DNA of 63,177 nucleotides, the filler included, from Lenisia limosa (taxonomy: Eukaryota; Protista; Breviatea): the NCBI GenBank assembly GCA_001655205.1. It is 14 parts of 14 records of this genome, joined end to end, with 100 filler letters (N's around TTAATTAATTAA, not from the genome) between each part and the next. Parts side by side here need not be neighbours in the genome. Positions count along the whole stretch, not along the records: positions 51,946 to 58,942 come from LPNZ01010748.1; positions 59,043 to 60,402 come from LPNZ01001972.1; positions 60,503 to 63,177 come from LPNZ01011146.1; 11 more parts are not named here. The stretch is one strand, 5' to 3'. The position numbers and the translations under genes are program-made. Below, one piece after another: positions 52,520-63,177 of the stretch (positions within the stretch are counted from its first letter, which is position 1; each line of letters opens with the position of its first letter). The notes under the pieces are model-generated. The model was not told the DNA's origin, made no database searches, and saw nothing but the letters and a program-made list of their open reading frames with translations.

Positions 52520-55500
52520 AAAACACTCAAAACTCACAATGGACACTTCGCTCGAGCCAGAAGCAATACTCGTGAACGAGATCTGTGAGGGTATAATGGT
52601 GGTATCTGTGAGGGTACAAGGGTATCTGTGAGGTACAAGGGTATCTGTGAGGTACAAGGGTATCTGTGAGGTACAGGGGTATCTGTGAGAAGGATAGTAC
52701 AAAGGGCAGGAAAGGGTGGAGAAAGAATGATCTGAAGAAGCATGAGATTAAACTGCTATTTGCTTGTGATCTATTGATCTATTAGAGATTAAACCGCTAT
52801 TTGTTTGTGATCTGCTGTCCCTTTGATACAAGTGATCAAGGCTTACTGTGAAGACTTTGCCTTGTTCACTCCGGATGGACAATTCGGTAAATTCTGCGTA
52901 ACCTAATGTGTTAATTCATCCGAAAATGAGTGTGAAATCTACTAGTACTATGATCATATGACCACTATCGAGTCAAAATGTGACGTGATATCCACTACTG
53001 ATGTGATTATATGCTCGCTTTCGAGTCGAAATGACGGAGATAAGATAATACGAGGGTTTAATCGAGATTTGTCAAACAATTATCATACGAGTGGATTCAT
53101 ATCACTGCGATTTACTGTGCTGTTTAGATAGGATCGAAAGAAAGTTGCCTTATGACTCTATACATAGCTTCTGGCGTGCCCCTTACACGCATACCTGAGG
53201 CGTTGAATGCTGCGAGTTGGCCTTGAAGAACTAGGGGAAGTGGGTCGACCTAGGGAGTAAAATTGGAAATTTGAGAATCATTTGTAGGGGCGGTATCATC
53301 TATTCACACTAAACAGTAAAGATAAGAAATAAAAAATAAGGATGTTCTGGCCATGTACCATATCATCTATCACAAGACAACCCTAATACCTCGGCCCTCA
53401 CAAAGGCGACTGCGTTCTCAAGAAGAGATCCCGAGTACTTGTCGCGGATCTGGAATGTTGGAATGTTAAAAAGTTGTCAACGCTTTTGAAACCCGCGGAA
53501 AGATGAAGTGCAAACGGATGTGTTATTTTGAGGCACGGGGGTATATCCATCACAGGATAATAGTATCTGGCCGAAGCCGTCCATTCCATCACGATAAGGA
53601 ATATTAGTATCTAGATGAAGCCGTCCACACAGTGTCATATGATATCTACTAATGGGAATGAAAAATGGGCGAGCTAGTTCGAAGCCGTCATGTTTGGAAA
53701 TGATCTGAAATATGCTTAGGAGGATAAACTGGTGGTGCAAAGAGGTTGGGGAAACAAGAACAAATTCATGGGGGAACCATTTTGTATTATTCATAAAATG
53801 AGCTGGGGCTTCACTTCGGTTCGAAAAAAGACTGAATTTCACGACAAATCCTCGAAAACTATCGATATTTTCCCGAACCGAAATGAATCCCTAAATATAG
53901 CACATTAGACTACCAAGCCTCACCGCAATAATGGGGTGCGGCCTAATGGGATGCTGGTCATTCGTTGTGGTTGGCGCTTCGGATGCAAGCTCGAGAACGA
54001 ACACGTCTGGAAAGGTGAGAAGTAGGGCTTCCCTCTGGTCCTAATATAAATATATCTGTATAAGATCGAAGTTTTTGAGGATTTATCGGGGAAATTCGGT
54101 CCTTTTGCGGACAGAAGGGAAGACTTTGTGATTGGATTATAGTGCATTGTCTTAATTTAACCCATCGGTTGACACAAAATAATAGCGAATTGCACTTATA
54201 TTTCATCAAGCTCCTTATAAAGCAGTACCCAGATTAAACACACGAGTCCCTCAGACTTGTTATCAGGAGGCTCGGAGCAGTGATGTTGTTGATTCCCTCG
54301 GGGGACAGCGTAATTTTCAGTTCCAACGAATGCTCGTGGCCACTTGGTACCGCACATCTGAGGGGTATAAGGTGAAATATTTATGAAACAAAAAAAGCTC
54401 AAAACCACACCAGAGGATCAACAGGTAATATGACTTAATTATCGAATTGTGTTACTGGTGGAGGTTTTTCGGAAATAACTTCACATGAATTCGTAAAAAA
54501 AAAAACTCTCAAAACAATAGAAAAAGCGAAACACAATATCTAATATCTCATTTTATACATATCATATTATATATTAGCTATGGATTCACTCGGGTACGAA
54601 ATTGATCGATGTAGAGTGATTATCTTATCAAGACATTCAGTTCTGGATCACACTGAATATGATATCTAATATCTCATATAACCTAAGAGTGAAGCCGCAC
54701 CTGAGCTTTGACGATGATATGAAGTCCGGCTTTTGACATAGTTCTGCAACACAGCACATGGAATCTGCGGATTCTGGGGGGGGGGGGGGGGNNNNNNNNN
54801 NNNNNNNNNNNNNNNNNNNNNNNNNNNNNNNNNNNNNNNNNNNNNNNNNNNNNNNNNNNNNNNNNNNNNNNNNNNNNNNNNNNNNNNNNNNNNNNNNNNN
54901 NNNNNNNNNNACTTCTGCAGCACCGCAGTCAAAAATAGAAACCTCAAGAAAAAAACACCAAATCAACTCTGTTCGCTAAATACTGGAATAAAACACTAGG
55001 ATAGAAAACAAAAAGAAAAAAAAAGAAAACGCCTCTTTAGCACTGCTTCAGAAATGGAAATTTATGGACCTCTCCCTCCAATAAAAACAATTCAACAACG
55101 TAAAATCATTTCCAAATAGAAAGACAAAGCTTCATGATCGAACTTAGAATGTAGGAAGTTGCACTTATTCGTTCATTCATCCATTCTCTCCTCCCACAAT
55201 TACAAATAAAACCATTAACACATCCAATTTGTATACTGCGTNNNNNNNNNNNNNNNNNNNNNNNNNNNNNNNNNNNNNNNNNNNNNNNNNNNNNNNNNNN
55301 NNNNNNNNNNNNNNNNNNNNNNNNNNNNNNNNNNNNNNNNNNNNNNNNNNNNNNNNNNTAGAATCAGCAGGAGTTTCACTTGGTACAACCATAGTGACCG
55401 CCTAGAGTGATGAGAGGAAATAAAGGGTTTCAGCAAAAAATGGTAGAAATGAGAAATAAAACAAGGTGGTAGCTGTCCAAAGCCATCCACATCATCACGC

Positions 55501-56620
55501 TTATGTATATTGGATTATTTTGCACAATACTATTCACCATGGTGATGCGATTGTGAAACAAATTGTTCCAGAGTAGTGTACATCAGTGTTCCCCTCTCCC
55601 CTACCGCAGGACTAAAGCAGAGAACATTGGTCGAAGGGCTTGAAACTTGTACCCCTCTCAAAACGCTGATGACCTAAACGGGTCGAATTATGTTGGTCCC
55701 AGTTAGGGCTTCACTTCGGTTCGAAAAATACCGGTAAAAATATCGATTATTTTTGAGAATTTATCGAGAAATTCAGTCTTTTTTCGAATCAAAGTGAAGC
55801 CCTGGTCCCAGTGAACTAAATTGTTTGAAACAATTAGTTGACATCATTTGAAAAGAACCGCCTGTTTTTTGCGGGGTGAGGAAGAAAGCATTGCTAAAAA
55901 AGAAATTTTCTCACTAATATGATTAGGGCTTTATTTCAGAAAGAAAAAAATCGGTTAACTCTCGAAATATATCGAATTTATCGAGTAAATCAGTGAATTT
56001 CAGGAATAGAAAAAGCCCTAATAATGATATATGATGCCATATACCACCTGTAGAGCAGAAGAACACCCGCCCCCATCATACCCTGAATATTCCAATGTCA
56101 GTAGTGATATTTGCAGGAACCATCACATTTCCGTATGTTTCGTTGAAATTCTCAAGAGGAAGCTCCAAGGTCCAATCCAGAGTCTCCAATATAACCACCG
56201 CCGGGTATTTTGTAAGAAAAGGACCGCCAGTAACGTGGATCATGAGGCCAGCCGATAGCTCGGTTCGGCTCGGAACCGCAGTTTCAACGGACCGGACCAG
56301 AGGAATGGTCAGAGCAGGACCATGAATTGAGCCCCAGTACCAGAGACGCAGGTTAACAATGTCACTTGTTTGGCTCGGAAGCACACATCGGAAGCTGGGG
56401 CCGGATATTTGCTGGGCTTCAACATAGCCGGCGGACCACAAGCAGAACGCGCGTTGTGAAATACTCTGAAGCGGAATGTAGTGTTTTGCGTCAATTTGGA
56501 GATCAACCGTGTAGTTATGGCTCGGAGTGAGATCGGAGTTATTCGTCTGCGTAAGGTTGGCGTCCTTTGTGACAGCAACTATTAGGTCAGCAATAAAGAT
56601 CAGTGATCGCAATAAGATAC
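52520..56620 (-). CDS. Large multi-exon surface protein with IPT/TIG/Ig-like beta-sandwich segments, partial
   Basis: Beta-strand-rich exons with many N-x-S/T sites: SFRCVLPSQTSDIVNLRL; SSKLRCGFTL|RCAVPSGHEHSLELKITLSP; VDPLPLVLQGQLAAFNASG. Confidence 0.5.
52601..52690. repeat. 19-bp tandem repeat (ggtatctgtgaggtacaag), about 5 units, intronic
   Basis: Directly visible, period 19. Confidence 0.9.
53804..53893. mobile_element. hAT-type MITE, subfamily A1; a diverged A2 copy follows at about 54023-54126
   Basis: GGGGCTTCACTTCGGTTCG...CGAACCGAAATGAATCCCTA. Confidence 0.82.
55704..55804. mobile_element. hAT-type MITE, subfamily A1, with a perfect TSD
   Basis: gtcccagt|TAGGGCTTCACTTCGG...AAAGTGAAGCCCTG|gtcccagt. 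Confidence 0.93.
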
Positions 56621-56643
56621 GGATATTGAGATTTATCTTTAAT

Positions 56644-56743
56644 TAGGGCTTCCCTACGGTCCGACAAATACCTGTATAATATCGATATTTATTGAGAACG
56701 TATCCAGAACCTCAGTCTGTTTTTGGATCGTAGGGAAGCCCTA
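56644..56743. mobile_element. hAT-type MITE, subfamily A2
   Basis: TAGGGCTTCCCTACGGTCCG...GGATCGTAGGGAAGCCCTA. Confidence 0.88.
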
Positions 56744-56862
56744 CCTTGCGTATACTATATGATATATAATGTTAAAGCTGAACCATTATTCTATCGTCAC
56801 TAACCTAATAGATCAGCAATGTAGTAAAAAGAGCTTAACAATAACCAAAACCCAATAATAAC

Positions 56863-56946
56863 TAGGGCTTCACTTCAGTTCGAAAAAAGACTGAATTTCT
56901 CGATAACTCCTTGATAACTACCTTTTTGTACCGAAGTGAAGCCCTA
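56863..56946. mobile_element. hAT-type MITE, subfamily A1, internally deleted
   Basis: TAGGGCTTCACTTCAGTTCG...TACCGAAGTGAAGCCCTA. Confidence 0.88.
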
Positions 56947-56969
56947 ATTATAATAACTATTGCTTCGAT

Positions 56970-57049
56970 TTCCCTGATACCACCTTTTTGAATTCTTCAT
57001 AAGCTGTCATTCCCTGATACCACCTTTTTGAATTCTTCATAAGCTGTCA
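56970..57049. repeat. Exact 40-bp tandem duplication
   Basis: ttccctgataccacctttttgaattcttcataagctgtca x2. Confidence 0.9.
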
Positions 57050-59159
57050 ACACAAACCTTGGTCATAGAACACTCCTCTATTCGAATGAGCCACTACGAC
57101 GCCTTCCGTCTACACTGTTAGAATAGAAGGGAATTTTATAATAAGAGAGAAGGAAAATGTTTAACAACAGAGGGAAGAGAAACGTTACAACAGGATGAAA
57201 ACGTTATACCAAGAGAGAAACATTACAACATGATGAAAATGTGATAAAAGGAGGAAATAACTTATTCCAAAAAATTTACTGTATTTTCCCGACTCAAGGG
57301 TTTTCCAGGAGGAAAATCCATGAATGAAAAAAAGAATTCCAAAGAGGCTGCCTACTCGGAGAACACCCAGAAAGCTGAAGATCGGGGTCTCAACTGTAAG
57401 TCTGTGAACAGTGTTCATTCCATTGTAAAAGACCTGGAAGATGTCTCCTCGCACTACATTGGTGAAACAAGGCCTCAGAAATTGATCGAATCGTTGAACC
57501 TCAAACTATTAGTTTGAGAATCGACATCTTCACCCCTCCCAAGTATCACAAAAAAACATTCCCACATACACCCACCCCCCCCCCCNNNNNNNNNNNNNNN
57601 NNNNNNNNNNNNNNNNNNNNNNNNNNNNNNNNNNNNNNNNNNNNNNNNNNNNNNNNNNNNNNNNNAGTCTAATTATCAGTACTTCCTACAATTTGTTATT
57701 TTTTTGAAGAAATTAATTGCACTCAGTCCTACTAATTATTGAAGCACCCCACGCCCACTTGTCACCAGTGTGGCTTCTGTCACTCCATTTCCATAAACTA
57801 AACAAGTCAGAAATGATCACAAAATGAATAACATACCGCATAATATAATATGCATACATTGACAAAAGACAACTTCAAGCTACTCCCAGCAAAAAATAAA
57901 ACACAAAACACAGTCCAGTCAAACCGGTGAGGATACGGTCATTTTCCTCGACCATTTCAAGGACATCCGATTCGAAAGGCTGGTCGAGGTCTACTGGGTC
58001 CATCTCCTTAGATGGTGAAAAAGGGAAATTGGCGCAATTATGGAACCTGGATATGAAAGTAGTCAATAAACGCAAAAGTCTTCGTTGTCTAACGAAACGT
58101 ATTCTGACATCTAATATGTGCATTGTCTTCATAAAGCTAGTTAGTTACAACAACACAACTTATTATAAACATTATAAGAATTAAAAAACACTTACCTGGT
58201 TATTGATAGCTGGGGGGTTGTAGGATTTACTGCCGCAACTAAAGACTCTTCCGGACTCTGGATGGTGACGTCGATACTATTGGGGGGAGGGGGGGTATAA
58301 AATATGTTTTTTTTTTTGATAAATCATGGAGAGCTTTCTAAAAATATCTGGTGATGAGAAAATATCTGGGTGAATTTTAAAAATACTATGAGGTGACTTG
58401 ATCATATCCTGGGATAAAATAAAACAACAGAGTGCTTTGAAATTAGTGTAAAAAGTAGAACCCCCCATACCCATCAATAATACAATAGAAACTACCAACT
58501 CCCCCAACCTGCAACAAAATAGAAACTACCCACACCAGCCGCTGCAGAAACAATAGTCTCGTTGGCGGTAATATTGAAGCCTGGTGCCTAGAAAATGAGC
58601 TGGATAGAAGTGTCTTGCATACAGGGATAATAATAACAGTTTGTCTCCACATATGGAATAAAATAGAGAATATTATATATAATAAAGCATAGCATAATAT
58701 CTAAAAGGTGATACGCCCGAAGCCATCTACACCATCACACTTATATATAAGGGATATGAGATTATATTAAAATACTAATTTACCCAATCATTTGCTTATT
58801 TACATATCATATACCATGTCATAAGCAAATGATTGAATGACTATAAAACTGAACAATAACATGTAAAAGAATGACTCCCCCTCACCTCCATGAAGTCCTG
58901 AGTGCTCCCCGAAGTGCCCATACCCCTGCAAAGCGCCTGGTTNNNNNNNNNNNNNNNNNNNNNNNNNNNNNNNNNNNNNNNNNNNNTTAATTAATTAANN
59001 NNNNNNNNNNNNNNNNNNNNNNNNNNNNNNNNNNNNNNNNNNGCTGTCCACATCATCACGCTTATAAGAGATACTAATATATTAATTCACCCAATCATTT
59101 GCCTTACAACTCTGTGTACACAGCTCACTGCGTGCCTCCAAGCATAGTACATATTTGAC

Positions 59160-59862
59160 AAGGTATCTCATCCTACCACTAAGTCTCCATGGAAATCAGC
59201 CTCTCCATGCAGCAGGGTGAACTTGACACTCCCAGTCTGGAATGTCACCAGTGAAGAACTGGTCGAAGAAAAGACCGCATTACCATTTGGGCTTCACTTT
59301 GGTTCGAAAATAGACGGAATTTCGCGATAAATCCTCGAAAATAATCGATATTTTACAGGTAAACCGAAGTGAGCCCTAGTTACCAGACCCATCACCCTAT
59401 CCCCTGATGTTATAGTATCACAAAAGACCAGGTTAATCACCTCACTCAATGTAAGATTTTCTCCAAAAAAAGAGAAAAATAAACAAACGCACAATGAGGC
59501 AACTACAAGATATCAAACCTTCAGAAAAGGGCACGCCTTATACACCCAGCCAAGCCGAGCCATAAACGTTGAAATAACCACTTCTTGCACCCCGGGCTAA
59601 AAGCTGGTTAGACTGACATCATAATTCCCTCCCCAATCATGAACAAAATCAAGGCTTCACTTCGGTTCGAATAAGACCGGGAAAATATCGATAGTTTTCA
59701 AGGTTTTATCGAGAATTTCAATCTTTTTTTGAACCGAAGTGAAGCCCTTAGCAAAATGGTTCGCAAACCTGTATCAGATCCCTCAACGTGGCTGCTTTGG
59801 AGTTCTTCTGGTTACCTGCCCCAACTGACGCAGTCAACACGTAGCCATGGGAAACCGCTGGG
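59160..59862 (-). CDS. Hypothetical multi-exon protein fragment
   Basis: In-phase exons VSHGYVLTASVGAG...ATLRDLIQ|SNQLLARGARSGYFNVYGSAWL|GDRVMGL|FFTGDIPDWE. Confidence 0.45.
59287..59378. mobile_element. hAT-type MITE, subfamily A1, at an exon/intron junction
   Basis: TIRs present; TSD attaccat/gttaccag. Confidence 0.85.
59650..59749. mobile_element. hAT-type MITE, subfamily A1
   Basis: TIRs present; TSD aacaaaat/agcaaaat. Confidence 0.87.
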
Positions 59863-61585
59863 GGGGGGGNNNNNNNNNNNNNNNNNNNNNNNNNNNNNNN
59901 NNNNNNNNNNNNNNNNNNNNNNNNNNNNNNNNNNNNNNNNNNNNNNNNNNNNNNNNCGGGGGAGTAAAATCGGAAAACAACACAAAAAGCCCAATCAAAT
60001 CTGTTGGTTGACAACACACGAGGGTTGAGAATAAACAAAACAAACAAAGCCAGGGCGTGAAGGTTCAATCACGACTGGGGAGGGGGGGAGGGAGTAAAAT
60101 GGAAAATGTATAAAACAACGTAAATAAATGATTGGGTCGATTTTTGTGTGATCTGTTTTTGAAGAAGCCTAAGAATAATTCTTGCACACCCCTTCTACCT
60201 TTTCTTTTAGGTTTTTCTGGAGGTTCAATAACACTGTGAACTTGGTTTTGGAACGGGGACTTGGGGGGAAGGATGGGGTCCTGTAATACATTATCAAAAA
60301 GATAGTTTCAATTCATAGTAGTCAATTCAAATCTTTACAATACTTTTGTTTAAAATATCATATACTAATACTATATCGATATATATATATATATAAAGCA
60401 ATNNNNNNNNNNNNNNNNNNNNNNNNNNNNNNNNNNNNNNNNNNNNTTAATTAATTAANNNNNNNNNNNNNNNNNNNNNNNNNNNNNNNNNNNNNNNNNN
60501 NNATATATTTGGAAAAATTCAAACGCATCATGGTAGTCATTCTGTTCCGGATTCTTGGTTTTCTGGAATGTGAATTGAACCCAACAGGAACAAGGAGGGG
60601 GGGGGGGCAATTCCACAAACTTTCGCAAGTTTACGTGAGAGTGAAAGAACATCTCCCAACTTCATCAGAGTCAACTGTGGGGTAAAAGAAAGACGTAACC
60701 ATGAATGAAGATTAGAAGTTTGATTGAACAACCCAAAAAGGAACAGAACCCAAGAGCACAGACATAGGGCTAGGACAGGGATTGACAACATTGCTGATCA
60801 TTACTTAATCGAATAAAAAGAATTTATCACTAGTCTACTCAAAGGGACAGAGGAGAAGTACAGCGAGGGGATCAAATTGTTACGCAACAACACACATAAT
60901 CACACCCAAATTAGACCCCATAACCCATAAACACTAATTTACAATAAAAAAACACCCTTACTTGCTCTTTTGCCAGTTTTGCATAGTCACGATCTTTAAG
61001 GTTTGGCTTCTCAGCTTTCATTTTGTCTGCAAGAGAATCTAACACATTTTTCAAGTCAACCATAGTGACAAAAGACAAAAAAGGGGGAATCCCTCAATCT
61101 GTTAAGTGATTGCTTTTGATTAGATTGTCCCCAACCTACTCTGTTTTTTTGGGGGTTTTTTTTACCCTTTTTCTTCAACCTTTGTTGGTTTTGCCCTCTG
61201 TTCTTGATGTTCACCTTCTTGTGTCGCTCCCTCCCCAAACCACTCTTCATAAACTCAAATTTATTTGAGTTTTAATGATATATGAGCACAACACAGTTGT
61301 GATTGAGTGTTTTTAGTTCTGTAAGCCCTCTATCTCGTCTATTCTGAGTTTTTTTTATCATGTGTCCAATTTATCCCACAACTCCAGCACTCGCCAAATC
61401 CTGCACCCAACTTCGAACCAACAGTGCTGTTGCCAGTTCACCAGTGGGTGGCGTTGGGGTTGGGGTTGGGCTTTGGTTCATATGATTCGAGGCTCAGTTA
61501 AGCCCTTTGTTTCTGTGTATTCACTCTACTAATGGAATCAAAGCCCTTACATTATAGATGGTCGCAATCTGGATGTGATGTGATG

Positions 61586-61665
61586 GGGGATAAAGATGCC
61601 ACATTGTGAGAGGGATAAAGATGCCACATTGTGAGAGGGATTAAGATGCCACATTGTGAAGATGT
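61586..61665. repeat. 25-bp tandem repeat (taaagatgccacattgtgagaggga) x3
   Basis: Visible; related to the 46-bp minisatellite at the window end. Confidence 0.85.
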
Positions 61666-62959
61666 TGAGGAGAAGATGTATGGGGAATGGGAATGGGAAG
61701 AAGGTCATGTGATAGTGGTCCAATTTCCTCCCACCCCCTATTCCATACCAGCCCTGTGCTGGGACCGGATATAACCGGGCAAGCAAGGCTCGTTCAGCAA
61801 TGAATAGAGATGGGCTTTCTGGTTGAAGTTTTTTTGCTTCCACGTGACCTGCTACTGTTTGTTGAATGTATCTGTTCAGCTTTTTTGAGTGGAATCAGAG
61901 TGTTGCTCTCCAAGCAAGCATTAGTCTAGAGTCAACATTTGAAATTGGGCTCAAGTTAAGATGAAGATGCCACTTTTGTGAAGGGACATGGATGGCACAA
62001 TTGTGAAGATGAAGTTTGGAATGAAGAAGATTGCTGACCTGCTGGACTGGGCGAACCGAGGAGACACTGGAGAAAGCTTCCGATGACTATTTACTTGTCC
62101 CTTTTTTTTTGGTCACTCGACATCAAAAATGATCCAATGACCAACCTATTACCTGACACACCAACATTAATAGGGACTTTAATCGCTGTGGTCCCTGGGT
62201 TGAGAGGATGAGAGCATGTTTGATTACATTGCCCAGTAGAACTTACTGATGAGAGGTGGTTACGGTTCTTCCTTGCTCTTGAGCAGAAGAATTTGTTGAT
62301 TGTTTTTAAAACAACCCTCAAAGAATCAGTTAAAGGCCTGAAAAGGTAGACCGGACTTGGAATCCGCCCTGACTTCTGTCTCAGAACCGTTCGCGTGCCC
62401 TGATGTACCGCCTCTACATCATGCTTCAGAGGTAAGGATGATATGTTAACATACCTGTCCAATCATGTAGACACTACACAGGAAAGAGAGAAAAGAAATT
62501 GGAATGTAAATTGTCATCTCACCAGTAACGTAAGACGATCTTTCAGCGCAAACGTATCAGTCATCTCCCCCCCCCCCCAAACNNNNNNNNNNTGATCTCT
62601 TTTTGTTGAGTGATTATATTCATTGCGTTGTAGTACTATTATTTATTTATTTTCGAAATGTTATCCATATTACTCACTTCAGTTTGATATTTCAATGCTA
62701 CATTGAGGTTACCACTGCTTGGGAATGGGAGGGGAATGGGAGTGGAGGGAGTGAAGAGGCTGTTGGAAGAAAGAAGAATTGCAATTGTGAGNNNNNNNNN
62801 NTTTTGTTGAGTGATGTAGTACTATTATTTTATTATTTTCGAAATGTTATCCATATTACACACTTCAGTTTGATATTTCAATGCTACGTTGAGGTTACCA
62901 CTGTTTGGGAATGGGAGGGGAGTGGGAGTGGAGGGAGTGAAGAGGCTGTTGGAAGAAAG

Positions 62960-63165
62960 AAGAATTGCAATTGTGAGAGGGATACAGATGCCACAATTGG
63001 AGGGGAGAAGATGTAATTGTGAGAGGGCCTAAGATGCCACAAGAGGAGGGGAGAAGATGCAATTGTGAGAGGGATACAGGTGCCACAATTGGAGGGGAGA
63101 AGATGCAATTGTGAGAGGGACTAAGATGCCAAAATTGGAGGAGGAGAAGATGCAAATGTGAGAAC
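62960..63165. repeat. 46-bp minisatellite with an internal inverted repeat, 4 or more units
   Basis: cacaattggaggggagaagatgcaattgtgagaggga(tacag/ctaag)atgc repeated. Confidence 0.9.
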
Positions 63166-63177
63166 TCAGTTTGTGGG

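Noticed and set aside
59287-59378. MITE disrupting a coding exon (...GLVT^NGNAVF...)
   Set aside because: That reading needs a TA TSD. With the 8-bp TSD seen in other copies the empty site is out of frame, and an intronic placement with a duplicated donor fits better.
24764-60458. Recurrent palindromic TTAATTAATTAA as a biological motif, and gene clusters spanning it
   Set aside because: Always flanked by N runs of similar length; it is a six-frame-stop linker for concatenating contigs, so adjacency across it is artificial
60960-61110. HMG-box/CCDC124-like segment (SPFFVFC...KMKAEKPNLKDRDYAKLAKEQ)
   Set aside because: Needs a 22-nt intron and the downstream exon could not be found; too weak to call
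62593-63000. ~190-bp direct duplication and ORF 62603-63016
   Set aside because: The two copies flank a 10-N gap and differ by a few SNPs, typical of overlapping contig or haplotype ends
62960-63165. CRISPR-like array (palindromic repeats)
   Set aside because: No unique spacers, eukaryotic context, no cas genes; it is a plain tandem repeat

Overview
This is intron-rich, AT-rich nuclear DNA from a flagellated microbial eukaryote, read in the standard code with GT-AG introns, some only about 40 nt. Alpha-tubulin signatures ([13 protein letters not shown]) point to an Amorphea/Obazoa-type lineage; that placement is inference. The window is a pseudo-scaffold: 13 N-flanked TTAATTAATTAA six-frame-stop linkers join about 14 unrelated contigs, so gene order means something only within a contig (largest 1-24719). 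Genes recognised by hand-splicing: DAW1/ODA16, two to three alpha-tubulin copies tangled by 10-N gaps, a PH+C2 protein, a PaaI-type thioesterase with a mitochondrial-type presequence, a VHS protein, a CCR4/nocturnin-like EEP nuclease, Mss4/RABIF, ARMC1-like, an axonemal dynein heavy chain AAA1 region, an H3/CenH3 C-terminus, RCL1, a SAM protein and large surface proteins. The most interesting observations are: (1) a complete prokaryote-type DsrE-like gene carrying three spliceosomal introns, a candidate lateral transfer; (2) a SNORD43/snR70-like box C/D snoRNA conserved in the same intron of both tubulin paralogs; (3) a ~130-bp repeat family whose C-rich end repeatedly forms 3' splice sites, with one intron made almost entirely of it; (4) more than 20 copies of a ~95-bp hAT-type MITE with 8-bp TSDs and two subfamilies with co-varying TIRs; (5) a TIR-less repeat with a Helitron-like hairpin. 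All homology calls come from remembered motifs; no searches were run.
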